Positions 8,229 through 20,700 of a stretch of DNA of 64,000 nt are shown in pieces. This stretch comes from Trypanosoma brucei (lineage: Eukaryota), in NCBI GenBank assembly GCA_000002445.1, contig CM000208.1, positions 2,304,001 through 2,368,000 on the forward strand, written 5' to 3'. The notes under the pieces were generated by a model. The model saw only the letters and a program-made list of their open reading frames with translations, did not search any database and had not been told where the DNA came from. How positions within the stretch are numbered: position 1 is the stretch's first letter; every line of letters starts with the position of its first letter. A program made the position numbers and the translations under genes.

Positions 8229-11200
8229 CGAGAATGATAACTCGTCCGTCACACATTTTAGTGGAAAATAGGGGGTATTAAACAAAAAGGGCCCTCACAA
8301 ACACGTGCATCCAAAATATAAATAAATACATATACATGCATATTTCCTCTTCTCCTCATGGCGTCTCCTAGAGGTTGCTGGCTTCTCTTAGGCACATCCT
8401 CTGTCCACGTATTACTCACACTTGCACGTATGATTTACTATGGCCCAAGCTGCTTTGATATTTGACGTTTCCAATGAGCACACACTTTTGATACTTTCCC
8501 AACTTTTTGTACATATTTCTGTTGCATTTTATGTTCAAAGAGCACCGTGCGGTGGTTGGGGGGAAAAACGTAGCACAGTGATAGGATGCCAATAAGAGAG
8601 GTTTGAAGGAACTACGGGAATACGATGGGCTACTTTGCTGAAGCAAGGAAAACCTCAATTAGTCCTGCGTGGCACTGAAAGAACACCATCTGGTGGCAGA
8701 GATGAATATGGCTAGCAAAAAAAAAAAAAAGACTTTCTCTTTGCAAAAACTCCCTGAGAGCTTTCCACAAACAGGGTGGCGTGTCTGAGGAAGCTTTTTC
8801 ACGGACTTTCCCTCAAAGGGTCTCACGCCAAGAAAACAGATTATGGCAGAGTGACAAATTTCACGGTTGCTTATAGATTCCTACCCCTTTTGGGCGGAGG
8901 AACATCACCCTCATGAATCTCACTCAAAAGAAGGGAGTGGTGACGGCGGTCGGCCTGTCAGCAAAATGCCGGTGTCCATTCCTCTGGGTGTATGTGCCGC
9001 GTGGCCCGCGTTGTGCAAGGTTTCGTTCATCTGAAGTTAAGCTTTTGTGGACGGTGGCTTTCCATTCAAGGTTTGCCAATGCGGCTGCAGCGTGGGGTTT
9101 GTATAAATGTGCTTAACATTCACTGGTATAGATTTGCTGCATGTTCATGGGATCGCTGATGCGCCGCGCGTGAAAAAAAAAATTATTCCATTTTCGTCAT
9201 TTGGACACCATTCTTCCGCCTTGCAGTCTACACTCCTCTGTGACCGAATGACAACGGTTAGTACAGGTGCAGCTCTGAGTAGGCTGACCACCGGGGCGTG
9301 CGGTAAGTCAATTCCCTTTGTGACTTACCCACAAAGATAAAGGGCGCGAACTATCGCTAATTTGGCACCGCAGTGGCAACGGTGCGCAGACAGGTCAATA
9401 TGCCGCAGTTTTGACTTACTTCACCCGTGTTATCGTCTGTTTCATTCTTCCTTTCGGCGATCCGGGCCGGTGTTTGGCTCGTTACTTCATCGTGCACGGA
9501 GAAACTACCCTTCTTTCGCAGTAAAAACACGCAAACTGTGAGCCATCAAATGTTCTTCGTCAGTGCGGTGCGTAGTGTTAACTGTGCTGGGTCGAAAGGC
9601 TTTTAAAACTGCAGTACCCATGCATCATTTGTTCCAGGGTGACGCAGCACTTGCTTTCGCTTCTGGATCCAACTGTGTGTGACCTCACACGGCCGGAGTT
9701 GTGACCACCATGACTGCAGCAGTCCAGTGCTTCCATACTATTGCCGTGACGTGGTCACAGTGGGATTTGTTAATGTTTTGAGCAAACCGCAAGAGTCATC
9801 GCGACTGTTGTCTCGCCATAGCTTAGGGGCTTGGCGTAGGGGTTCGCGCATAAGAAGGAGCACTAACCCGAGTTCCGCACCCCATTCCGGTGGACACAGC
9901 GCTCCATACCGAGGGGTGCTGTGTATGTGGTGTGCCTGTCTTATCGCATATCTTCAGGTGGCACGTGCCTCGCCCGCTCACCCCCAGCAGGGGCAAAGCG
10001 GCACCTCACGTCGCTCGCATACAATAGGGTGCGGGATGTGATTTTGAACAGACACTCCCTCATTCGGAGGGAAGTACCTTATTTTTGAAAGTACCCTGTC
10101 AATTCGAAACCCCTAACCCATGAGGGTGATCTCTCCCTGTGATACTGTGCTAGTGAACACGCTCTTACAGTTGGGTGTGCTTTTTTACATGCTGGGTCCT
10201 CGGCAATTTTCGATTTGTGCGTACCCTGCTTCATTTTTCTATGCTCGGGCTGGTTTTCCGCGGGGGCAACAGTGTGAAGAACCATATGGTCGACGGGGGT
10301 GCCAGCCTCTGCGCCCCAGACTTCATCCTTGTCCCAATCGTAGTGACCAGGCACTGACAGAGTGGAGATATGGGCAGTGCAGCGCTCTTCAACAAAACGG
10401 TGGGGCCCTTCGCCATAGTGGCATGTGCCGAAAAAAAAAAACAGTCCCGAGACACGTCCTGCACATGTCGCAGTGCAGCTTCACACCTTAGACAATTTAA
10501 AAGGAAGAGCACTTTGTCGGGTTTCTGCCCCAGCTTAAAATACAAAGTTATTCCAATTTAGGGCGGTAAATTATAACAAGAGGACGGCGACGAAAAGAGG
10601 AAGGGGTAAAGAACCGATTTTTTGTCTCGGCTTCGCGCCAACCGTCCGCGATTGCGCTTCGTTCCTAGCGCGGAAGTATGGAGAGCCTTGGAAGGAACCG
10701 TTCCAGCCTTGCTCAGGTTACAGCCGTTGCTCCACCGTGTCTCCAATACCTGCTTCTTCTTTTTTCCCCAAAGCTTTTTCGATATGGGGCATGTGGCCAA
10801 GTAGCCCGACGACCATTGGAATACCAACTCCAACTGGCTGCGGATTTCCTTCCCTTCCCGGTCGCACACCCAGTGGTGGGTTCCCGGTTGCACCAGCTTT
10901 CCTCGCTTACTGCTTAAAGCTCGGCTATTGCTGGTAGCGTTTCGCCGATATGGCCCAACTCCTTGTTATCGCATCCAGGGATGCCAGTGAGAACGGCGAC
11001 CCCAGCTTAATGCTGTGAGGTGTATCCCAACATCGTCTCCGTCACTCGCAATTTGACACAGCTCCTCCGTATCACGGGCTTTAATTTCGGAATGCTCGTA
11101 AGTGTTGCCTTTCTTTCCTCATCTTCACCCCGTTTTTTTCACTCCTTCCATTGGACCCTGCGAATCTCTTATCGGTTTCCGTCCTGATACATGGGCAGCC

Positions 11201-14200
11201 GTTCCCACCGCATATTTACGGCACGCCTTGGGCCCGTTAATGCCATCCCTGTGGTTAAGAAGATATCTAAATACATTTTCGGAAGCAGGGGGTTTGTTTT
11301 CCATCGGAACATCGCTGTGCCTGCGATGCGGCAAGCTTCCTTCAGATCTCCACGCGCCTTCATCGCCTTATTCTTCTCGGAGCGCTACCCATTTAAGTGG
11401 AGCAGTGTCTGTTTTCATTTGTGTGCTGCCATCGTTCTTTTCCAATGGCTTTCTTCTTGATTTTCCATGTGTACTTTGAGTCGCTCCTATATGTGTCCCA
11501 TCAAGGCCCTACTGAGCAAATATGCCGCTGTGCTCGGAACGTTTTCGGTCTGAATTGTTATTTGCCTTCCCCCGTCTGGTCTCTCCTTTTCCCATCTGTC
11601 TGGGCAAGTGATGGCATGTAAAGCTTTGCGATGGCCCGCGATGGTGTGAGGAAATATTTTACACTTGCCCACTTCTTTTATGCTGCTCCAAAAAAACAGA
11701 CCAAATCTTAGTTTATGACTACCCGCTCTCCTCCAATCAAATGGTCTACTGTGATCGACACTTTGTTGCCTCGTTCACAGTTATCCTCCGCTCCTGGTGT
11801 CACCGAGCCTCGCTTTCGTCGGCACTTTTACTCCCCTGTAGCAGGTAAACTATGGGTTTGGCGTGGCAAGTACTGTTGCTGCTTTGCCACCGAAACTTCT
11901 GTCTACCTTCACCACTTGTTCGACCAACTTTGGTCTTATTCCGATGATTTCTGTCGTAGGCGTTCCTTTGCTGCGTGGGCAGTCGTTGGTGTTTATGCGT
12001 TTCAACACGATATGACGCTTAGGCCGCGCAAGCGTTCGCTAACTCTTGTCCGGAAGTGACCCCCGAAATGCACGTTCACTATTATTTGTCCCCACCTCCC
12101 TCACCTTCGCCTCTGCTACTCCTTCCTCAGCGGTTTTTTTTCATTCGGACAACATCAGTTTGAACCAGGTGGTTGGTGGTTTTCTACCACTTAAATCACA
12201 CTTATTTTACTAACTTCCTGGGACGCTGCAGCTACTTCTGCGACAAACCTCCTCCAAAGTTGGTGTTCCTGATGCCGACCCCCTCCCCCTGCACGTGACA
12301 TTAAGAGTTCATCGGTCGCTAGACTCCGTCGCCGCCGCCGTTTCCCTCTTATCCGGAGGCCCTGTTGCCACGCATAACCTCAGCTTGGCTTACAGTTTGT
12401 TGGCTTTCGTGCATCATGGGAACTTCCAGGCACACTCCCCGACTATTCTTTCCCACGGTCTTTGTCTCTTCCTCGCCTTTCCTGGTATGGGAATCCCTTT
12501 ATATTTATCCACGTTTTTCTTTGAGCTCCACGCATTTTTTTAGAAGTGCCGCTGATGCTTAGGAGTCCGGGCGGAAGTCATGGTTATGAGAGGCTTTAAA
12601 GCATTTTTTCAGTTTTTCTTACTCTTCAGAAGTCACACACATATGTTTTACCACCGTGTTGTTTGTCGCTTTGCCCGGTTGTGACTGTAAAAAGGCATAC
12701 CCCGGGCATGCTATTAGTCTACGGGTTCTTTCTTACGCAACTTCACGGGGTGGGAACTCTCCTGCTGAACCGCTTGGGGATGTATCTAAGCTTTGTTTCT
12801 CCCATTACTCCTTTGATTCTGCTGGTTACAGCTGGAGCTGCACCCACAGCCGCATTTGTTGGAGGTTGTCCTCCTGTGAATCCATCTGGATCGCCAGAAG
12901 GTGAACCTTGAAGCGCCCTGGGACACTTTCCTCCACACAGGTGGGTTTTGTGTCCTTTGGGGAGGCAACGTGTCGGCGCCCATGGAAAGTGGAAGGTTTG
13001 CTTCCCCAGTATTCACACGTTTCTCACGGAAGAGCAAAGAAGTTGGTGCGCACCCACAGGCCATCGTCGCAAGGAACAAACCCTTCTCAGTTTGAGACGG
13101 CGCCCGCATTGCATTCCACATTGATGGGAAATGAAACCTTTTCCCCGTTGGCCCTACAGAAATATGGTGAAAGGGAGGAAAAGGCAGATAGCGCCAACTC
13201 ACGTTGCCCTTTAATGGCGCACGCTCTGAGAGTTCACTTTCCCTTTAATACCCCAATGTCGGTGCGCGCCCTTACTCTACTCGGCGCGCCCCAAACTTCA
13301 GCGTCGACTCGCCACACTGAGAAGGTTTTGCATATTGGCCTCCAACTTGGACGGTTTTGGGCCCTGAACCGTGGGAGGAGGTTGTGTGCTTTCCCCCTCA
13401 TACTCTTTGAGCTGCCCAACGACCCCTTCATAATCGCAAGGCGCCATTCCGCGGCTGAGGGACCCTCTTTTGTCTCACGCGAGCTGTGGTCACTTTAAAG
13501 GACGTGGTGTCATTAAGGTAAGTTACGAACAATGCATGTCTCGCTGCCCTCGCGTTTAACGGCACGAACAATTCTTGCTCCCGCGTAGCAACGGTGTACA
13601 GGTTTCGTCACTGTGGGTTTTTCGTCTCAAGTCACTCCGTTCTCCCCCGTGCGGCTGATAGTTCATTGGTGGAAAAACTGTCTCGCGGCCAGGGGACTGC
13701 GCTGAAACGATTTCTAAGGATACCCATGGAAATTATCAAACATAGAGGACACTTTTCATGGCCCGCCGCAACGTGCCTGGAAAATGGTGAAAAAATGACG
13801 TTCCACAGATGCCTGTGACACCAGCGCTGTGCGGTTTCGTAAACGCACCACAAAAGTGACCCCCGTATGAGAATTTCTGCCCAGCCCCAGCTCCACCCGA
13901 ACTTAGGGTTTACTTAAGTCTGGCATTACGTCAACACAGCTGGTGGTGGCGCGGAGAAATAGCAGGCCGGGTGCCCCCCAGCAGCACTTCCCTAGCGAGT
14001 TGCTGTTGATGAAAAAAATGCCTTCTTCCCCTCCCACCCCGGTGTGCTTGTGACTCGCGCGCCTCTGTATGGCAGTCCCTCCCACTTTCCCCTTAAACCA
14101 AATGGTTCCAACCAGCCAATCATCGAATTCCCCTCGAGCCCTCCTCTTCTATCTCGGCATCTTCAGCAAACTTGAGCCCGGCGCCTCGGAGTCAAGCAAA

Positions 14201-15872
14201 TTTCTACGGTGTTGGACCGGCCTGTAAAATACAGACGCCAGTTTCTCAACCGCAGAGCTCCACTGAAAACACGAGCTCCTTTAGCGAGGCAGACCCCAAC
14301 TATTCCGCTGCGATCCATGTGAAATTGGACTGGGGCTTCCCCGGCATCCTTGCTCAACGACAGCGGCTACGAGGGACAAGCAAAGAAGCAAACTTCCAAG
14401 GAAACGAAAAAGGCAAAAGAGCATTTGCTGTCGCAGGGTGGATTGATAACGTTACCGTGGCCCCTTGCCCCAGAAGACGGTGCTAGCAAGCCCTCCCAAA
14501 TTTCGTCAAAGTGGGATACACGCAAGAGATGGGAATCCCCTGCTTCAGAAAATAGCCACGCCCTGCCGCTGCGGCAACGTAGTTGGCATTGCCAATAATA
14601 TTCTTGCTTTTACCGACCCTCTGGAAAACGCGAGGCCACAACCACTCCTTGACGGACTTATCAACTACTACTGATTTTTTTTTTCGTCTCCTTCGCCTCT
14701 TCGTCATCCTGCAGCCACTTGTGACAGCAGGATTTCGTTTCACCTGACAGCTCCACAGTTTCGCATATAGTGATATTTGGCCCTCAAATCAGAAGAACTG
14801 ACACCTCGGCGTTGTCTAATCGGCCAAAAATCTCGCTTTCCACAACTCTTTCTGGTTCCCCTTTTTTTCAGTAGGCAGAGGAAAACAACCATCTCCAAAC
14901 TGAAAACTGTGTGCAGCCGCGCCCCAGCGGAAGCAACATGCTTGCGCAGCAAGGTTATGTCGGACGAGTGACCCACCTCCCTTTCGATAGGCCCTATTTG
15001 GTGCCATTCACCTTTGGCTGGGGTTCTCACCACTCGACACACCCTGTCCTTCGGTCCGAAATTTTCCTTTTCAGGAATTTGTGGCTTCCACCCTCCCTCC
15101 CGTACATCCTTTTGCCACGAGTGGGGCTTGGTATCCTCCTCGTTGTTTTTTCAGTGTTTTGGATGGCGGCTGTGTCGCAGCACCGCCCTTTTCCAGTTGC
15201 ACGGCACTCCGCGGTGCTCGATCCCAGCATCTTTTCACGCGTAACCGTTGCACCTTCATTTTCCTGGAGGGGGTGCGCCCCCCAAGGAACGATCTGGCCT
15301 CCCGATGGTGCGTTATTCTGGCATCAAAGGTCAATGGCGAAGTCGGTGTCCGAACTTCCGCTGCTTACGAATTGCCTTACGAACGGAGAATGGTTGTCAC
15401 TCTTTCGCTTTCACGGTTGTCTGCTCCCTCCCGCTCTGCGCGTTGGTCGATTTATCCGGCTACCCTTCCTAAAGTGAAACGAGGGGGTTTTACAGGTAAG
15501 GAGCTCCCGCATTGGCCCTGTCGCTTGGTACGTCTCCCCAGTTCGTCGAGGGTTTCGTGTTCCACCGGCTGATCAGGTAACTGCCGACGCTAACTTCTAC
15601 TGATCATAGGTTTCTTCTCCTCTTCGTCTTGGCGGTGCGCTCGCCTCAACCGCACCGGTGACCCGGTGAGCCTCCTACGCATTTCCTTGCAGTGCGGGCC
15701 TCCTGGCTCCCCGCGGTCGCCATTTTTCTTACTTGTGTGTACGGTGGTTGGCTGCCCCATTGCTGCTCTTTGTGTGTTTTTTTCTTTTTCTTTTTTCTCG
15801 GCGGGAGGGGATGTAGTTTCTCTCTTTTCTTTTGCTGAGGACAGGTTGGGGCGGCATGAGAAGTTCCTGAGG

Positions 15873-15913
15873 TGTGTCTGTGTGTGTGTGTGTTGGGGGG
15901 GGGGGGGGGGGGG
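15873..15913. repeat. (GT)n microsatellite immediately followed by a 19-nt G homopolymer.
   Basis: The sequence gtgtgtctgtgtgtgtgtgtgtt followed by 19 G lies at 15873-15913. A poly-T tract lies 50 bp downstream. It is about 460 bp upstream of the oxidoreductase gene. Confidence 0.9.
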
Positions 15914-16375
15914 TACGGCCTAGCGGCTGTTTCTGCTACCGAGGTGTGTGACGAAGGCGCCACCCTCCTAGCTTGCCGTGTTGCAGTTTTTTTTTTTTAC
16001 AGCTAGTTGTGGCGGTTCGCCCTCGAGTACCGAGAGACGCAGGTGCATCCCGTGAATATTCGGGTCGTTTAAACTGTTAGCGATCGGTGTCGGGATACGT
16101 GTGCTCCAGTCGGGTTTCGCTCTTTGCGCTTTCGCCCTTTCAGGGCAGCGGGTGCTTTGAGCTCCTGGTAAATGCCACTTTGTCTTTGCTAACATTTTTT
16201 TCGGGTTATCCACTTTATGACGCTTAAGGTTAGTCGTGCTACAGATGATGCCCGTATATGTGTACAATCGCCAATGTTCGCGTCCATGTAGGCGTTGGTG
16301 TTCTTATCTTCCTTACCGTTTATTTACAAGGAGGAGAAAGCAAAGTCTTTTTTTTAAAGCTGACAGCCCACTGGC

Positions 16376-17380
16376 ATGCAGAGGAAAATTGTAGCGAAGA
16401 GACTGTCCTCAAACTTCCGTGAAGCTACTGAGGTTCTGTCATCTCCTATCCCTTCCTATCTTAAGTCAACTGAGCTTCTGGTGAAAAACCGGTTTGTTGG
16501 CATTAACGCTAGCGATATCAACTTCACTTCAGGGAAATACTTGCCAGGGACTGTACCTCCCTTTGACTGTGGCTTCGAGGCCCTCGGTGAAGTCGTTGCA
16601 GTGGGTGATGGTATCAAACAGTTTTGTGCCGGTGATGTTGTAGTCACGCAAGCCTTCGGTGCTTTCTGTGAATATCAAGTGGTTCCTTCCAGATCTGCTA
16701 AGAAGGTCCCTTTACTGAAGTGTGAGTATCTGCCCCTTGATCTCAGTGGGACGACCGCATCTATTTCAATAGGTGAGATTTTGAAGCCGTTAAGGGGGGA
16801 ATTAGCGGTTGTTACGGCCGCTGGTGGAGGGACAGGACAATTCGCCGTGCAGATATTGAAGAAAGTCTACGACTGTACTGTTGTCGGAGTGACTTCCTCC
16901 TGCAGTAAGGAAAACATGCTGAAGGAACTAGGGTGTGATCATGTTATTGTTGGGGAACGTGAGTCAGTTGGTGAGGCAATGAAACAACTTATGCCAACGG
17001 GTGTAAATGTTGCCTACGAATCTGTGGGAGGTGACATGCTGGATGTCGTGGTAGATAACATTTCCCTCCGCGGCCGCGTACTCTCTATTGGGGGCATTTC
17101 TGGGTATAGTAACGGAGGTAGCTGGGACTATTCTGAGAAAGGTAAAGCACCATTGCCAATGCGTCTCTTGTCAAAAAGCGCGTCCCTCAACACTTTTTTT
17201 CTCCCACATTATATCAAATATGCGAAACTACACTTTTCACGGCTTTGTCAGATGTACGAACAAGGAACACTACAGAGCTGTATTGACCCTTCGAAGTTTA
17301 AAGGGTTGGAAGCTGTGGCTGATGCGGTGGAGTATATGTACGAAAGGCGGAATAAGGGAAAGGTCATCGTTGAGATTTGA
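16376..17380 (+). CDS. Medium-chain dehydrogenase/reductase (MDR) family oxidoreductase, ZADH2/PTGR3-like quinone oxidoreductase type.
   Basis: GINASDINFTSGKY is the ZADH2 signature region. AAGGGTGQFAVQILK is the Rossmann nucleotide-binding glycine motif. The length is 334 aa. A polyT/polyY tract lies upstream at 15975-15990. Confidence 0.85.
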   Translation: MQRKIVAKRLSSNFREATEVLSSPIPSYLKSTELLVKNRFVGINASDINFTSGKYLPGTVPPFDCGFEALGEVVAVGDGIKQFCAGDVVVTQAFGAFCEYQVVPSRSAKKVPLLKCEYLPLDLSGTTASISIGEILKPLRGELAVVTAAGGGTGQFAVQILKKVYDCTVVGVTSSCSKENMLKELGCDHVIVGERESVGEAMKQLMPTGVNVAYESVGGDMLDVVVDNISLRGRVLSIGGISGYSNGGSWDYSEKGKAPLPMRLLSKSASLNTFFLPHYIKYAKLHFSRLCQMYEQGTLQSCIDPSKFKGLEAVADAVEYMYERRNKGKVIVEI

Positions 17381-17780
17381 TTATCTTTCTATGTGCGTTT
17401 GGTTGTGATGCAGCCCTGCACTAACAAGGGAGAAGGTGAATGGATGGTGGTCCTCTGTTATTATTCTTATTATTGTCTCTGTGCGTGTGGCTCCAAAGAG
17501 TATATACATATATATATGACAGATCCTTTGTTTGAAATCTCACTTTGAACCGACTTTTCCCCATGTTCACCTTACAGGGACGTCTTTTGTATTTTACGGA
17601 GGAGGAGCCTGCGGTCCACGAAATAATACAAAACGAAATGGGTGTGCCGTTGTATGCGGCACTGCACGCCGCATTCATTGACCTGAGCTTGTTTTTCTTC
17701 TATTTTTTTAAAAAATTTTCATAGTAGGATAAAGAGAATTGTTGGTCGACTAAGGTGCGAAACAGAGAAAGAAAAGCAGA

Positions 17781-20700
17781 ATGGAGAAAACACAACCGTT
17801 CAACGACCTGATATGTCAGGTAGCAAGAGTAGGCGTGACGAATGTACAGTGGTGTGGAGAAAAAATGAATGACTCCCAGCTGGATACTCTAATTTCGGCG
17901 ATGGAATTGTCTCCTGTGCGGATTGAGAATATAAATCTTTCCAAAAATGAAATAACATCCGCAGGGGCATCGCTGCTGTGTACTTATATCAAGAAGAATT
18001 CGAATATCAAAGAAGTGTATCTTAACGAAAATCTGATAGATGACGCTGGTGCAAGAGAATTTATTTCCATATTCAACAACCAGGTTCATCCAACAATATT
18101 TGATGTTAGCGGAAACCAGTGTTCGTCAGCCGTTGTAAACAACTTGGCACTGCTGGCCAAACAGGACCAGCATTCCAAGGAAATACATCAATCTTTGTTG
18201 GCCGGTGAAGCCGAGGAGCTGGATATAAGTGGTATGAACATCAACAAGATTGACCCGCGTCTTCTCACTTTTTTCATACTTGATACCCATGCATTGAGGA
18301 GTCTGATCGTCTCTGGATGCGCTGCTGGGGATGCTGGAGCCACACTGATTGGTGATTTACTGAAGAACAGTGCTGTATCTCACGTTGACCTAAGTGACAA
18401 TGATATATCAGATGCAGGCGTCTCTCAGTTTATTGAGCGCGCCGACCTTTTGCATCACCCAACGATAACTTCAATATCTTTCAGTAAAAATATCCGTATC
18501 AGCAATTACGGAATGCAACAAATGTCAAAAACGTTGTTTAACACCAATGATGTAATTACCTCATTTGATGTCTCAGACACATCCGTTACCTCCAGCGTTC
18601 GTTCCACCATTGCACACGAGTGCGAACTCAACAAAGAGCCATCTTGCCTGAAAAGAGCCGTTGCTGCAATACGTACCAATGATCCATCATGTACAAGTGT
18701 TAACCTTCAGTGGGAAAGGCTTACGCAGACTGCGGCGCGCTTTGTGGCCCCAGTTTTGAAACTCAACACGATTATGTTGGAGCTTAACCTGGGTAACACT
18801 TCTGCGGGTGATAAGGGGGCGGAACTTCTGGCTGCGGCATTGCAACAAAACAAGACCCTTCGTATTCTTGGCCTTGCGAACAACAACATTACGTCCCGCG
18901 GTGCAAAGGTTCTTTTCCAGCGCCTCCACCAGCAAGGGGTACTGGAGGAATTAAATTTGGCGAATAACAGGATTGATGACGAAGCAGAAACCTCCATACT
19001 GAACACCTTGCAGCTGAATCCTACAATCAAAGTTCTTAATCTCGTCAACAACCTCCTGTCGGGGGACTGCATGAGCGAGATTGATGAATTGATTCTTCTT
19101 AACCAGGCACCAAAAACTGTTCAAACAATTGTAAGTGACATTGAAAACAGACCGGCTTCCGTAACTAAGGTGGCTCTTTCAGGGAAAACAGGTGAAGAGT
19201 ACTGTAACGACACCTCAGTTAGGATACTGTGCAATGCTTTGGTACTGAATAAGGTTGTAACCACTGTGGATTTGTCGAAGAATGTAGTTGGTGATATAGG
19301 GGTGACGTATTTATGCGAGATGTTAATGACGAACAGCACAATCGTGGAGCTGAATCTTGAGAGTAATTCGATCACCGACCGTGGTGCACAGCGTTTGGCC
19401 CACGCTCTTCGCACCAACGCTTCACTGCAACACCTTAACCTCTCAAACAACTCTATAACCGATGTTGGTGCTGGAGATTTTGTTGATACGTTGAGGTTTA
19501 ACTACGCGTTGACAAGCATTTTATTTGAGAAGACAACCGTTACTTCGGATCTGCGCACCAAAATTGCTGAAGCTGCTGACATGAACAAAGAACCAAGGGG
19601 GTTTAAGGACGTGATGTACATGCTGAGAGACGGAAGTATTAAAACACCTAAACTTGATTTGGCAAGAAAGAATTGTCCCCGGCCCATCACCGACGAATCG
19701 GTTAATACCCTGTGCGTGCAACTTCGTGGTATATCGGTTGTCAGGGAATTAATTTTGTCAGGTAACAGTGTTGGAACGGAGGGATGTAAAAGCATTGGCA
19801 AGCTTTTGGCTCATGAAGGCTCTGGTATTTGTCATATCGATCTCTCTCTCAACCCAGTCGACGACGAAGGTCTCGGTGAACTCGCAAAGGGACTTTTGTC
19901 GAAGAACTGCGTGCTTCAAATCCTCAATCTTCGTGGTACTGAAGTAACGTCGACGGGGATAATCAATTTGACAAATACTGTAAAGGCGAATGCAACGCTT
20001 CGGGAGGTGATCGTCCCAGAGAGAGTGTCTGCCGATGTATTTTGCAGGATGAACCAAGAACTAATGGTTAACGCACAACCGAAATCACTCAAACCCTTGT
20101 TAACGTCTATCAACGAAAACGAAGTAATACCGCTGCTGGTTTTCAAAGACCCGGTTTTACCTTTTACCGATGCAGCCTGCCATCTTCTCTGCGCGGCAAT
20201 CGTGAACAACGAACACATTACCTCCGTCGACATGTCTAACAATAAATTAACGAGTGATAGCGTTCCTTTTATTGCAGAAGCGTTATCCAGCTGTCCCAAG
20301 ATAACGTCTGTTAACCTGTCGCACAATGAGATAGATGAAACTGGTGGATATGAGCTTGTTAAGTGCCTCGCGGAAAACGATTACGTAACTACCTTGTCTC
20401 TCGAGGGAAATCCAATACCTGAGGAAGTGATTTTCAAATTAAACGAGCTTCTGCACCTTAACAGAGGCTCAATCGATTTGAAAAAGATCCTGCTGAAGCA
20501 TAGAAAGGGGAGACTTGCGGATAAAACGATCAATTTGAATTCTAAGGGGAAACAGTACAAACTAAACGATGAGGATGTCCGGTTATTGTGCGAAGTGATG
20601 GTCGAGTGCGGCTCCATACGTGCTGTTGACCTTGGGATGAATATGATAACGGATGTCGGGTGTGAGATGATTGCTGACGCACTTCTGCAGGCTCCTCGTA

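Noticed and set aside
8718-8731. 14-nt poly(A) as the 3' tail of a LINE/SINE-like retroposon (L1Tc/NARTc/ingi-RIME-like)
   Set aside because: I found no recognisable target-site duplication or element body by eye. It is mentioned only inside the gene-desert finding.
10105-10120. Single ccctaaccc telomere-like hexamer
   Set aside because: There is only one and a half repeat units and no array, so it is a chance occurrence.
9679-15572. Dense multi-frame overlapping ORFs on both strands (for example 12908..13498 +196 aa, 12786..13202 -138 aa, 14911..15477 +188 aa)
   Set aside because: They come from a GC-rich or pyrimidine-rich, stop-codon-poor composition. No frame is coherent and I recognise no motif. 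It might be a decayed pseudogene or element, but I cannot support a specific call.
4626-16375. Search for tRNA, 5S rRNA or SL RNA genes in the long gaps
   Set aside because: I found no GTTCGAATC-type T-loop with a matching acceptor stem, and no SL exon sequence, when scanning by eye. It cannot be excluded without tRNAscan or Infernal.
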